DNA of 64,000 nucleotides. Source: a virus. Position 1 is the stretch's first letter. Every line of letters begins with the position of its first letter. The position numbers and the translations under genes are program-made. The DNA is taken from the IMG/VR virus record IMGVR_UViG_3300043448_000837, positions 1 to 64,000 of that record; one strand, written 5' to 3'. Below are positions 1 to 9,625 of this stretch, in pieces. The notes under the pieces are model-generated. The model was not told the origin of the DNA and did no database searches. It saw only the letters and a program-made list of their open reading frames with translations.

Positions 1-274
1 CTTGCTCAACCGCAGCTGCTGCTGCAGGCGCTGCGGGAACTAACAGAGCCAGCAAAGTTGTCAACGCTAATTTGCTAGTCTCGGAGAAACTTGAATTTGC
101 CTGACTGCAGACGAGGTTCGTTCGTTCGGTTTCAGCTGAGCTGTTTGAGAGTTTGAAACAGTTGGCAAACTGCGCGCCAGTAGATGCAAACTGAATCAAG
201 AAAATGATAACGAGGCTGCGAATCAGAAAACGCCGCTCGTTGAAATTATTCGTCGTCTTCGTAATCAAGCCCAT
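1..274 (-). CDS. Partial membrane protein, two hydrophobic segments (possibly holin-like); runs off the window edge
   Basis: Own translation, not in the ORF track: MGLITKTTNNFNERRFLIRSLVIIFLIQFASTG...LALTTLLALLVPAAPAAAAAVEQ. Confidence 0.5.
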   Translation of the reverse strand, partial: MGLITKTTNNFNERRFLIRSLVIIFLIQFASTGAQFANCFKLSNSSAETERTNLVCSQANSSFSETSKLALTTLLALLVPAAPAAAAAVEQ

Positions 275-608
275 CGGTTTCCTCCGTTGAAAGTTCGTCA
301 AGAATTTCATCGATAAGGGTATCAATCTCTTCGTCAGTAAGCTCTTCATCCTCCTCGGTCTCTTCCTCTTCGTAGTAGGATTCCGGTTGGAAGGGTTGTT
401 TCAGATCGTCGTCGGGGCCTTTTCCGCTTGGGTATTTCCAAACTCCGACATGATCTATCCACGGCGAGGTGTTAGATATGTGAGAAGTTGGTAATCCTGT
501 TCTTGCGTCGATATCTTGATCCTGGGGGGTAGACAATTGCTGAGCATACGCTGCCCTAAATGCTTCCAGAGCCTCGTGAGAATAATCTCCGCCTATACGA
601 TTTGTCAT
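246..608 (-). CDS. Hypothetical late protein with acidic C-terminus
   Basis: ORF preceded by GGGTAAAA at 635-642; N-terminus GDYSHEALEAF resembles that of ORF 2013-2705. Confidence 0.7.
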   Translation of the reverse strand: MTNRIGGDYSHEALEAFRAAYAQQLSTPQDQDIDARTGLPTSHISNTSPWIDHVGVWKYPSGKGPDDDLKQPFQPESYYEEEETEEDEELTDEEIDTLIDEILDELSTEETDGLDYEDDE

Positions 609-634
609 TTTGTCGTTTTCCTTGAACTAGGTTA

Positions 635-642
635 TTTTACCC
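635..642 (-). promoter_or_regulatory. Putative late promoter motif GGGTAAAA (representative copy)
   Basis: Also at 2731, 5930, 12223, 15853, 17046, 25039, 27270, 30347, 31781, 36349, 38283, 41892, 43575 and 53189; mostly 23-35 nt upstream of start codons. Confidence 0.8.
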
Positions 643-1215
643 CTTCCACTTCATTCCTTTCTCCCAACCTTCACCGGGGCATGCTAACGAGCGAGTTCTT
701 TGACCCTTAGAGTTAACCCACCACGGGAATGAGCAACCTCCTTTTACATTCGTCTGCTTTGCTCTGGCGTCTCGGATTTTTTGTCTAGCTTTCTCTGTAT
801 GTTTCTTTCCGTAAAGGGGGTGCTCTTCGCCTACAGCATACCTTCGGTTCTTCTGTCTCTTTTCTATTGACTCGGCAGAAAGTTTTCTGCCCTTAAGAGA
901 TTCAGATATTCTGCTTCTGTGTTCTTTTGTTTTGACAAGAGAGACAAATCCAGTTGAAGTTTGACGAGCGAGATTGGCAAAATGGGGATTTACGTCAACT
1001 TCAAATAAGTCATGCAAAAGAACCTCAGCCTCAAGACACTCTTGAGGGGTTTCAAACACACCTAGTATAATTTTCTCAGTCGGATTAAATGTTTTGTCCT
1101 TGAATGAGCCCATGTAAGGATCCTCCTCCGGCAAACATTCCGAACCGGACGGTTTAGACCCGATGTAACCTCTGCCCCATTCCTCGTAGGAATAATATAA
1201 ATAGTAGTATCTCAT
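637..1215 (-). CDS. GIY-YIG homing endonuclease with NUMOD3-type DNA-binding repeats
   Basis: YLYYSY...GYIGS, PYMGS, LEAE; C-terminal KTKEHRSRISESLKGRK and HPLYGKKHTEKARQKI. Confidence 0.85.
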   Translation of the reverse strand: MRYYYLYYSYEEWGRGYIGSKPSGSECLPEEDPYMGSFKDKTFNPTEKIILGVFETPQECLEAEVLLHDLFEVDVNPHFANLARQTSTGFVSLVKTKEHRSRISESLKGRKLSAESIEKRQKNRRYAVGEEHPLYGKKHTEKARQKIRDARAKQTNVKGGCSFPWWVNSKGQRTRSLACPGEGWEKGMKWKG

Positions 1216-1225
1216 ACTATTACTA

Positions 1226-1672
1226 TCAGTGCTTCTGTACTTTTCCGGATGTATCTTGCAACATCCTCGAATTTCCCATCAACTTTTCTTCGTACTCTTT
1301 CACTTGCTTCTTGACATCGGCCTTCATCATACCTTCCTGCAGAAGTTTTTCTTTCTTAGCTTCCAGGACCTCCGGGGAATGCGGCTCGTTCTTCTCTCGC
1401 TCTTTCTTCGCTTTCTCCTTGCCTTTCTGCATTGTCTTCGCAGCCTTTTCACGCTTGGCAAGTTCATCCTTGTGAACGATGTTTCCTTGCTTGTCGAACT
1501 CGTGGTCGGTAGGAAGTTCTGGAGGAGTGTACTCCTGGTGGATTTCTTGTGCCAGGCGATCAAGAAGGCGGTCGTAAGAGTCGCGCAGCCGCCTTCTGCA
1601 GACACCCGAAGCAGCCACAGTCATCGGACCACAGGGAACCCTGTGCTGAGAAATTTCTTCGAGTGCGTTCAT
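1226..1672 (-). CDS. Hypothetical protein (likely start MNALEEISQ)
   Basis: ATG immediately follows the stop of 1674-2009; charged coiled-coil C-terminus. Confidence 0.6.
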   Translation of the reverse strand: MNALEEISQHRVPCGPMTVAASGVCRRRLRDSYDRLLDRLAQEIHQEYTPPELPTDHEFDKQGNIVHKDELAKREKAAKTMQKGKEKAKKEREKNEPHSPEVLEAKKEKLLQEGMMKADVKKQVKEYEEKLMGNSRMLQDTSGKVQKH

Positions 1673-1673
1673 G

Positions 1674-2009
1674 TCAAGCTCCGGATCTTGGACGAATGCG
1701 ACCGTCGTTGTGGTGGTCGTAGTGAACCCCTTTCTTCTTTTCTTTGCGGGGGTTTGAATCTTGGCGGTTGGTCTCTCGCATCGACTGAACCATTGTGTCG
1801 CGCATATTTCGCAGTTGCTCTCGCGGGAGAGTGCAATGATCGCTGTCACGATAGGAACGATACCACCGGCAGACTTCCGACGGGTCGTCAGCTTGCAGCA
1901 TCATATTCCACACTCCGAGTGCTTGCGCGTCCGCCAGAGTTCCGGGTTTCAGTTTGGCCTCAATCTCGTGCCGCTCGGGGCGATTGAATCGGGTGTCTTT
2001 GCGCATCAC
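1674..2009 (-). CDS. Hypothetical protein
   Basis: ORF tightly packed in the operon. Confidence 0.65.
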   Translation of the reverse strand: MMRKDTRFNRPERHEIEAKLKPGTLADAQALGVWNMMLQADDPSEVCRWYRSYRDSDHCTLPREQLRNMRDTMVQSMRETNRQDSNPRKEKKKGVHYDHHNDGRIRPRSGA

Positions 2010-2012
2010 TGA

Positions 2013-2705
2013 TCAGAGTTTTCCTATTTGCCATTTAATGCCGACGTCACTGGTCCACGGGTGCACGACTGTATATCCGTCTTTGGTTTTCTTTACTTGG
2101 AAATTATCGCTTCCCTCCTTCTTATTAAGAGCGTTAGCAAGCTCTTGAGCTTTGTTTTTGGGGAAAATTAAAGAGTCGGACGAACGCTCTGACGAAACTC
2201 CTTTTGAACTCTTCCCTCCCTTTGTAAGCTGGGCCAGAGCGCTTTTAGCATATCGTGCAAAAGAACCTTTCCCGCCATCTTCCTGATAACGGTCGGACGC
2301 ATCATCAAGAGCATTAACGAGTTTTTGTTCTTGTTCAGAGGTTAACTTTAGGCCCAGTGCTTTCGCTAATTTCGGTGCGAGTGTCTCCCCGGCATACCCA
2401 GGGGTAGAGTCCGATTTCCCATCCTCAAAAGCCATGAACTCTTTATCCCATGTCTTATACAAACCGTCCAAGATTTTGACTGCGTCTTTCTTTGCTCCAC
2501 CCGTACCCTTCTTTGCTTTTTCTACGATTTCTTTAGCGCCTTCCGTACCCTTTCGGCATTTACCGCCAGTGCCATACGCCGATCCGTCGGGTCTTACGCA
2601 ACGGGTGAAATCGTACGTTTCGCCTTCGGTGAAGTCGGAAGATTGTGTCTGAGCTGCAAGTTGAGCGAAGCGGCGGAGAGCTTCTTCTGAGAAGTGACCG
2701 TTCAT
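2013..2705 (-). CDS. Hypothetical late protein, candidate internal head protein
   Basis: Late motif at 2731-2738; N-terminal HFSEE, DFTEG, YDFTRCVRPDGSAYGTGGKCRKG. Confidence 0.7.
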   Translation of the reverse strand: MNGHFSEEALRRFAQLAAQTQSSDFTEGETYDFTRCVRPDGSAYGTGGKCRKGTEGAKEIVEKAKKGTGGAKKDAVKILDGLYKTWDKEFMAFEDGKSDSTPGYAGETLAPKLAKALGLKLTSEQEQKLVNALDDASDRYQEDGGKGSFARYAKSALAQLTKGGKSSKGVSSERSSDSLIFPKNKAQELANALNKKEGSDNFQVKKTKDGYTVVHPWTSDVGIKWQIGKL

Positions 2706-2745
2706 CTTAGTATGGAGGCTTGATGGTGAATTTTACCCTTGGGGG

Positions 2746-4593
2746 TCATAGGTTCGCAATTTGTTGAAGAACGTCATCTTGAATACCTTTGATCTTAGGC
2801 GCAAGAAAATCAATTAACCCCGTTTTTGTTGAATATTGGGTCTCTCGAACTTTGTTTCCTTTATACTGCTCTTCGTTTAAGTCTAACAGTTTTCTCTGAG
2901 CCGCCCCCAAAATTGCCCCAACTCTCATCAGCCCTTCACTGTCCCCCTTCGCCTGGAGCTCCGCGACTTTCTCTGCTAAGGCTTTACCTACTCCTGCACC
3001 ACCAACATCTTTACCGTACCAGTACAAAGGTTTAGGAACTGAACGTAAACTTCCTTCCTTAGCTGACTGTATTCCAATCGCAACGGTTCGAGAGGCATCC
3101 GTCCACGCCGACACAACTTTTCCCATTAAGTTTGCCCGGTCCCCCGCGTTAATCTCGCTGGTCGGGAGAAGGGCAATGGAGGCAAGTGCCTTTTGTGGAT
3201 CAAGAATTTTGTTTAAGATATCTTCCCCAATTGTTTTCTTTGTTGAGTTTATTTCTTCCCGTTTTTCGTGGAAAAGCCTACCTTCTTCAGTGAGTTTACC
3301 GTTCCCGTCAAAAGTTATCATTCGAGGTTTACCCGAGGTCTTCGATGTATTGGTATTGAACCAACCTCCGGTGTTTTCGGTTAGCAAATAATCCGGACTA
3401 CCTTCGCCTTTACCGCGATTAATTCTGGAGTTTGTCAACGACCAATTGTTTCCGATGTTTGCGTTTGCGCCTGCCACACCAGCGGGTATTAAGTGTTCCA
3501 GGTCTACACTTAACAAATTGAGTTTCTCGCCAGTGTAAACATCCTTGAACCCTGACTCCATGGCGATTTTCATAATCAAGAAAGATTTTGCCCTCTCCTC
3601 CTCGGTTTTTGACATCTTTTTTCCAGAAGGGACTACATCCCCTTTAGGGGTTATCGAGCCATAGGATCCTGGAATATCGGAGCTCCCCGCGCTCTTAAGG
3701 TAAGTAAAAACCTGGGGAGGCATAAGGCCCATCATAAAATGAACCTCCGAGTCCTTGACGTCTTGATTTCTGTACCACTTTGAGAAAGGCTCCAGTGCCT
3801 TAGAGAATTCCTCGGTACTCTTATACTTGCCTTCCTTATAGTTGTCATAGACACTCGTCAACTCCCTGAATTTATCTTGACGCTCTTTTGAGGCCATTCG
3901 CTCGATTCCTTCCACAGAGACTGTGGGGGCTACATCTTTCTTCCCGTAAAGCACATCGAAGGCTTGACTTACCATTTCTCGCATTTTTTGCCTGCGCTCC
4001 TTAGGGTCCGGGTAATCTTGGTTTAAGCCTCGAAGCCCATCTTTAAGAAGGGAAACCCTCTCTTTCAGCTCAGTTTGAACTTTCCCAGTTCTAAACTCTT
4101 TGGGAAGGGTGTCCTCGGCTAATTTGCCTTTTACAAGAGAATTGGAAAAACCTGTGTATTGCTTAAATCGTTTTGCCGCTTCTGTAGTAGTTAAATTACC
4201 TTGTGCTATTTCAGATTTTAGGAAATTGCGAACTTTTGTAACTTCGCCTGAAATTTCCGCGGGTAGCTGAAGGATACAATCGTCACGATAGAAGATGCAG
4301 GAAGCACCGCAAGACTTCCCCTTCTTACACCTGTCTCGTTTTGCAGAAAAACCTTTTCTTTGAGCTGCTGCTGCCATTGCGCGCTCCTTTTTCGCTTCTG
4401 TGATTACTTTCCCAGTACCACTTGAAGCTTTTTTAGCGGATTCAGTTGTCTGAGGAGAAGCCGCTGGCTTGCCAGGTAGAGGTGAAGATTCCCCCGTAAT
4501 TCCTTGCCTTTGCCCAAGACGCTCTACTTTTGCGTCGTCTCCTTGCAAATTGCGAGAGTCTGCAAAGTCAAACCAGCGATACTTACTTCCCAT
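2746..4593 (-). CDS. Large Lys-rich protein with a Cys motif (CKKGKSCGASCI) and an HNH-like nuclease motif
   Basis: DVYTGE...VDLEHLIP...NNWSLTNSRINRGKG fits an HNH/beta-beta-alpha-Me fold. Confidence 0.7.
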   Translation of the reverse strand: MGSKYRWFDFADSRNLQGDDAKVERLGQRQGITGESSPLPGKPAASPQTTESAKKASSGTGKVITEAKKERAMAAAAQRKGFSAKRDRCKKGKSCGASCIFYRDDCILQLPAEISGEVTKVRNFLKSEIAQGNLTTTEAAKRFKQYTGFSNSLVKGKLAEDTLPKEFRTGKVQTELKERVSLLKDGLRGLNQDYPDPKERRQKMREMVSQAFDVLYGKKDVAPTVSVEGIERMASKERQDKFRELTSVYDNYKEGKYKSTEEFSKALEPFSKWYRNQDVKDSEVHFMMGLMPPQVFTYLKSAGSSDIPGSYGSITPKGDVVPSGKKMSKTEEERAKSFLIMKIAMESGFKDVYTGEKLNLLSVDLEHLIPAGVAGANANIGNNWSLTNSRINRGKGEGSPDYLLTENTGGWFNTNTSKTSGKPRMITFDGNGKLTEEGRLFHEKREEINSTKKTIGEDILNKILDPQKALASIALLPTSEINAGDRANLMGKVVSAWTDASRTVAIGIQSAKEGSLRSVPKPLYWYGKDVGGAGVGKALAEKVAELQAKGDSEGLMRVGAILGAAQRKLLDLNEEQYKGNKVRETQYSTKTGLIDFLAPKIKGIQDDVLQQIANL

Positions 4594-4598
4594 TGCAA

Positions 4599-5084
4599 TC
4601 AGTCTTCGTAACGTTTTCGAAATTGAGTGTTAATCCCCCTTGCCTTTTGGTAAGAGGTTAAGCCAGCTGGCGTGCTGATGTGCCCCGTAACTTGACACAC
4701 CCAGCGTTGAGAATTAGTAATTGAAGCACACTTTTCGCTCCTTTTTGTTTTCTCCTCTGGCGTCATTCCGTGAATTCCAACGCCGAGTTGAAATGTTTTC
4801 GGTCCTGCTATAAGACCTCCACGTTTCCCCCCGGCACTAAGGCTTTCAGGTGTCTTCGGAGGTTCTTTACCTTTTCTCCGACGGCTTTGCTCTAGTCTTA
4901 CCCCTCTTTTCAGAGTCTCTGGCAAGAGTGGCCAAGCAACATGTCTGCAATCGAACCATGGACCTCCTTCTAGAAAGTCGTAAGCGTGGTGTAAGGCATG
5001 GTCGTAAGGGGACATAAGTGAAATGTTGTCCGAATTGTCCCCTCCGCCTCGTGACCTTGGGACTATGTGATGTTTGTGAATCAA
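4599..5084 (-). CDS. HNH homing endonuclease
   Basis: HKHHIVPRSRGGGDNSDNISLMSPYDHALHH. Confidence 0.85.
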   Translation of the reverse strand: MIHKHHIVPRSRGGGDNSDNISLMSPYDHALHHAYDFLEGGPWFDCRHVAWPLLPETLKRGVRLEQSRRRKGKEPPKTPESLSAGGKRGGLIAGPKTFQLGVGIHGMTPEEKTKRSEKCASITNSQRWVCQVTGHISTPAGLTSYQKARGINTQFRKRYED

Positions 5085-5902
5085 TCTTCATACCTATCGA
5101 GAATGTGGGCGATGACGGAGTTACGAACGATGTCCTCTTTCGAGAACTCCACGATCCCAACTTCCGACAGGTGGCGCAGTCGGTGAATAGCGTCGACCAA
5201 GCCATTTTCCCTTCGAAACACTTCCATATCGGTCTGCTTCGTGTCACCAATCAGAAGGATCTTCGAATCTTTGCCGACACGGGTCAGAACAGTTTTGATT
5301 TGAGAAGGGAGGAAGTTTTGAGCCTCATCAACAATGATGAAAGCCTCGTTGAGCGAGCGTCCCCGAATGTCTTCCAGGAGAACAGGCTCGATAATTTTCT
5401 TGTTCAGCAGGTACTCACTTGCACCGTGCGATCTCATGATGCAGGGCAAGTTGTCAAGAACAGGCGCAATCAGGGGTGCGATCTTCTCGGAAAGGTCTCC
5501 AGGCAGCGCTCCGCGCCCGCGCTGGAATTCAACACCCACGTCACTTCGAACGTAGTATACTTTGTTGAAATCGCCTGAGGCGACACCATACAATCCGTAA
5601 TGCAACGCAATCAGCGTTTTCCCAGTTCCGGCGCAGCCATGGGCGAGAGTAACAGTGTTTTTCTTGAGGGAATTCCACAGATCTTCTTGCCGCCAAGTCA
5701 GAAACTTGGGAGGCATGACATCCATTCCTTTGTGGTAGGATTGTTCTAGCATCTGGGCATTTTCAGCACGGCGAGCCTTGCGCTTTGTCTTTGAATCTAA
5801 CATGTTTAAGGGAGTGATACAGTCGGTGGGTAGGTCATACACTTTGCTGCTTAACAGGATTACATCCTTATCACCCCCTTCAGAACGAATGGAACGAGTC
5901 AT
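5081..5902 (-). CDS. phoH: PhoH-family ATPase
   Basis: Walker A GCAGTGKT, IRGRSL, IVDEAQN, LTRVG, GDTKQTD, DIVRN. Confidence 0.95.
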   Translation of the reverse strand: MTRSIRSEGGDKDVILLSSKVYDLPTDCITPLNMLDSKTKRKARRAENAQMLEQSYHKGMDVMPPKFLTWRQEDLWNSLKKNTVTLAHGCAGTGKTLIALHYGLYGVASGDFNKVYYVRSDVGVEFQRGRGALPGDLSEKIAPLIAPVLDNLPCIMRSHGASEYLLNKKIIEPVLLEDIRGRSLNEAFIIVDEAQNFLPSQIKTVLTRVGKDSKILLIGDTKQTDMEVFRRENGLVDAIHRLRHLSEVGIVEFSKEDIVRNSVIAHILDRYED

Positions 5903-5973
5903 GGTTGGAAGGGCAACTCGTACAGTGAATTTTACCCTACATTGCCCACCACTGGTCCCACTCGTTCAACTCT

Positions 5974-6171
5974 TCAATGAAGTCGCTCTGCGAAGTCATC
6001 GAACCCGCCTTTTCCGCCACACCATCGAGAGTACCGGTCGGTCGGCACGTTGTATTGTTTGTCCCTTGCTTTTGCCAAATACTGGTCAGCTATTGGCGAA
6101 GTTGCCAATACTACCGTGCCGTGTTCGGCACGCATAATCTCACTGTTAAAGTCAGTCGGATGAATAGCCAT
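5974..6171 (-). CDS. Hypothetical protein
   Basis: ORF filling the gap; TATAAT upstream at 6204-6209. Confidence 0.6.
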   Translation of the reverse strand: MAIHPTDFNSEIMRAEHGTVVLATSPIADQYLAKARDKQYNVPTDRYSRWCGGKGGFDDFAERLH

Positions 6172-6233
6172 GGTAATCTGTTGTAAACAACAGCAACTTT
6201 TAGATTATAGAGTGGTGGTTACCAGATCACCAC

Positions 6234-7967
6234 TCATTCGTAGCCGAGTCGTCCTCTTCCACCCCGTCTTCCGCTCACGAAAGGTGAACGAGCATCAACA
6301 CCCATCGTTGAAGCGTCGTAGTCCGGGTCGTTAATTGCGGTGTCGCCCGAGAACAACTTCTGCCGTCCTGTGCGAATTTCCCCAAAGACGGACTTATCCC
6401 CGAGCCCATCACGAAGTAAATCCCCTTTGAATCGTTTGTTTTGAATAATCGTGTCCTGCAGGTTACGATCAACAACGTCCATTTTCATTGCATAGTAAGT
6501 GAGCGCCCAAGCAAAAGCGTCCGTACTGTCGTCGTGACGAACAAACGGGAATGAGGTTAATTCTTTGATGAATGTGTCAGTCCAGTGCCCCTGAACCAGT
6601 TTAACCCGGCTGTTCTCCAGTAAAGGGCAAACGGCTTGAAGTCTCGTAGTCTTCGACTTCAACGGCCTCATCTCTTCGATCGGAACTCTCGCTTCTTTTC
6701 GAAGAACTTGAATGAGGGAGTGCCCCGAAGCTGCTTTTTCGATGCATAGAACTTTTGCCTGGTAGTATGTGTAGTTTTGCTTCACGGCTTCAACCAAGTC
6801 GGGGAAACCCCATCGACCTTTCACAATCTCTCGAATGTAAATAACAGTCGGATCTCGCATACTAATCCCAGCCACGCAAATCGCGGTTTCGTCCGCCATT
6901 TGTTTCTCGGAGAAAGCGCAGTCAGCCGCTAACCACACGACGTCGAGTGGCGGGCAATCTTCTTCTTCAATAACCTCAATCCAACTGTTCTTGACAATCT
7001 GACCTTCTGCGGCAACAGGAACGCCTTGGTAAAGCGCCGCAAATTTGAAGCTTCCCATGATCTTCTTCTGCGACTCAAGCATCGGCACAGAAAACGTCGG
7101 ATTGTCACCCCAATGCGATTCTCCAATCTGCCGCTCAAGCGGGTCAGTGCGCGGGTCTTCGCAAAGCCCTGCGATATTGATCCAACGCCAACCGAACGGG
7201 TTGTGAACTTCGTCGTAAAGACCGTCGCCTTCCATCAGAACGCCGTGCAAATCTTTCTCGTGGAAGCGAGTTGCGATAACCATCTGACAGTAGTGGTTGG
7301 TTCTTCGGGTGGACGCCTGCTCTTGCCACCAAGACTCAAGGTTGTCGAGTGCTTGTTTTGAGTCCGAAGATTTGAGCGGGTCGTCAATCACCATGGCGCC
7401 AACGCCAGGGCTGTCCATATCTGTTGTTCCGGCGGTGAAACCGGTTAGAACCCCGCCAACGGATGTGGCAAGAATGTAACCGCCGCCGACCATGTCATAC
7501 TTTGAGTCCGGTGAGAATCCAAGCCACTCAGGGAACACCCGCTTGAACTCCTTCGACTTCATCATGTGAACCACTTCGCGGTGAAATTTGAAGGAGAGAG
7601 ACGCACCGTAAGAGGCAATAACGTGCTGAGTCTTCTGATCTCGCCCGAGAAGCCACGCCAGGAACATGGTCGCAAGCATTGACTTTCCCGATCGTGGCGG
7701 GCAGGAAACAATCAATCGCTTGTATCTTCGCGTAGCAAGGTCTTCGAACGCCGAGCCAATCAGCTCGTGAAACGGGGCAACCTGCAGGTCGCCGTGCTTC
7801 ATGATGTCACAGAAAGCAAGGAAGCAATCTCGGGCAGCCTTGTACCGAAAATCCTGAATCACCATGCGTGGTGCTTCCATGAGCGTTAGTTCACGTATGC
7901 CTCGCTGGTATTTTCTCCACGAGCTGTGTTCTTCGAGCTGGCTGGCTTTCGTGATTACGGGACGCAT
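6234..7967 (-). CDS. terL: Terminase large subunit
   Basis: Walker A PPRSGKS, Walker B VIDDP, ATRFH, LYQG, IEKAASG, nuclease HDDSTDA. Confidence 0.95.
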   Translation of the reverse strand: MRPVITKASQLEEHSSWRKYQRGIRELTLMEAPRMVIQDFRYKAARDCFLAFCDIMKHGDLQVAPFHELIGSAFEDLATRRYKRLIVSCPPRSGKSMLATMFLAWLLGRDQKTQHVIASYGASLSFKFHREVVHMMKSKEFKRVFPEWLGFSPDSKYDMVGGGYILATSVGGVLTGFTAGTTDMDSPGVGAMVIDDPLKSSDSKQALDNLESWWQEQASTRRTNHYCQMVIATRFHEKDLHGVLMEGDGLYDEVHNPFGWRWINIAGLCEDPRTDPLERQIGESHWGDNPTFSVPMLESQKKIMGSFKFAALYQGVPVAAEGQIVKNSWIEVIEEEDCPPLDVVWLAADCAFSEKQMADETAICVAGISMRDPTVIYIREIVKGRWGFPDLVEAVKQNYTYYQAKVLCIEKAASGHSLIQVLRKEARVPIEEMRPLKSKTTRLQAVCPLLENSRVKLVQGHWTDTFIKELTSFPFVRHDDSTDAFAWALTYYAMKMDVVDRNLQDTIIQNKRFKGDLLRDGLGDKSVFGEIRTGRQKLFSGDTAINDPDYDASTMGVDARSPFVSGRRGGRGRLGYE

Positions 7968-7968
7968 A

Positions 7969-8247
7969 TCAATCCCCCGTCAGTTTCTTCAGAAGCTCTC
8001 CAACTTTCCCGTCGTACGCAACAGCAAGTTCTTGCTCGCTCTTTGAATCAACTTGGGTCAGGGCAACGATGTCCGAAGTAATTTCTCTGTGCGCTTTGAT
8101 CGCACTGTTGAAGATGGAAACGAGGTCTCGAGTGGAGCACACTTCCATCTGGTTGGCAAGCTGATCCAGAGCATCTTTCGCCACAAGAAGGGTGTCTTGA
8201 GCCAGAATCTCTTTCTGCTTGATAATGTCTTCGCGTGATTTAGCCAT
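7969..8247 (-). CDS. Possible terminase small subunit
   Basis: Small helical ORF directly upstream of terL; positional inference only. Confidence 0.45.
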   Translation of the reverse strand: MAKSREDIIKQKEILAQDTLLVAKDALDQLANQMEVCSTRDLVSIFNSAIKAHREITSDIVALTQVDSKSEQELAVAYDGKVGELLKKLTGD

Positions 8248-8405
8248 CAGTAAAGCCTCTTTCTACATTTGGAGCAACCACCTCGCGGTGGCGGGGGATT
8301 CCCCTTGTATGATACGATCTTTTGCAAGATCTTCTTTGCCTCTTCCATGTCGCCGCGCTGCACGGCGATGTGGTAACTGTTCCAAAGTTCTTGTGATGAG
8401 TCCAT
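8247..8405 (-). CDS. Small hypothetical protein (52 aa, C-terminal CSKC)
   Basis: Own translation MDSSQELWNSY...GGCSKCRKRLY; TAATG/TGATG coupling at both ends. Confidence 0.6.
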   Translation of the reverse strand: MDSSQELWNSYHIAVQRGDMEEAKKILQKIVSYKGNPPPPRGGCSKCRKRLY

Positions 8406-9622
8406 TAACATGGCGCAATAGGACCGGGATTGCCTTCACAGGGAACGCAACCTAACTTCCACAGTGAGTTGATAGAGGCGAGCTGGAACGTATCTTCCAG
8501 AATCCACCCTTTCCCTTGAGGAGATTTAGCCACAAAGTAGAATCTGCCTTTCGGAGTCTGAATGAACGTCTCGGGGACAATTCCGATCACGGATCCGCCC
8601 TCAAGGTACAGTTGTTTTGCCTCCGGATTCAACGGGTCGATGTTTAAGAAGGTGTACGCTCCGGTAATGACCGCAAACTCACCTACGTTCATGCCCGTAA
8701 ACCATTCAGCATATTTTGAAGCCCGATCGGAAATCGGATCGGCTTTTCCTGCGACGTCATTCCACAGCTCGATCGCGTACCGCGCCAGAAACTTTCCGGT
8801 CGGCGAGTAGAAAACTTCCTCAATCGGTTCAGAGGTCTCGGCGTCCCAAACGGTCACAACTAACCTGCCATCTTCAGTATAGCTGTTGTTGCTCAAAAGA
8901 TAAATCGGTTGGTTGAGGGGATCTGGAAGGAATACCGTGTCCGGGTCGCAAACAAACACCCAGTTTCCGGACGAAGTCGCAGGATTGCTCCAACGAACAC
9001 CGTACGGGGCGGAATAGTCTTCCAGAGGCAACTTGATTCCCGTGTACCACGGAACGTAAATCTCTCCGCTTGCGGTGTCAACAACTCCGGCCAAGGGAAG
9101 GCGAGTCTCAACGTTCGGTCCCGGAAAGATTTGCCGGCAATCGCCACGTTGAACGCAAGGGTCAAGGGCAACATACGGCAGCGTTTCCTCAATCGTGAGA
9201 ACGTAAGTTTGAGTGTAAGTGTACTGAGATTCGGGACTGATACCAGTGAACAGTTCGTTTTGACACGTGAAAGGTTCGATCGTCTGCACTGACGCACCGG
9301 ACGGAACACTGCCGTTTATCGTGTTGAAAGCGCCTGCAAGAAGTTGAGTGGCGAAATCGTGACCAGAGGAGGTGAGATAGTTCTGGCAGGAGAAGTTCAG
9401 CTCGAAGCTCATACTCCGCTCGAAAACCATCGGAATGCGATTCTTGACTGTGTTTGAAGAACCCGTGTAACGCACGACGATGTTGTTAGTTTGCTGCACC
9501 ACTCCCTCGTTTTCGATCGCGTCTGCGAGGCGAAGAACATTCACACTGATTGGAATCAAGGGGGAGGCAACAAGAGCATCAACAATGAACTGCTCGATAC
9601 GGGATATTGTGTTAAGTTCCAT
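8405..9622 (-). CDS. Putative tail terminator/neck protein (Mu gp37-like N-terminus) with C-terminal extension
   Basis: ISRIEQFIVDAL N-terminus; follows the DUF1320-like gene. Confidence 0.5.
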   Translation of the reverse strand: MELNTISRIEQFIVDALVASPLIPISVNVLRLADAIENEGVVQQTNNIVVRYTGSSNTVKNRIPMVFERSMSFELNFSCQNYLTSSGHDFATQLLAGAFNTINGSVPSGASVQTIEPFTCQNELFTGISPESQYTYTQTYVLTIEETLPYVALDPCVQRGDCRQIFPGPNVETRLPLAGVVDTASGEIYVPWYTGIKLPLEDYSAPYGVRWSNPATSSGNWVFVCDPDTVFLPDPLNQPIYLLSNNSYTEDGRLVVTVWDAETSEPIEEVFYSPTGKFLARYAIELWNDVAGKADPISDRASKYAEWFTGMNVGEFAVITGAYTFLNIDPLNPEAKQLYLEGGSVIGIVPETFIQTPKGRFYFVAKSPQGKGWILEDTFQLASINSLWKLGCVPCEGNPGPIAPC

Positions 9623-9625
9623 GGT

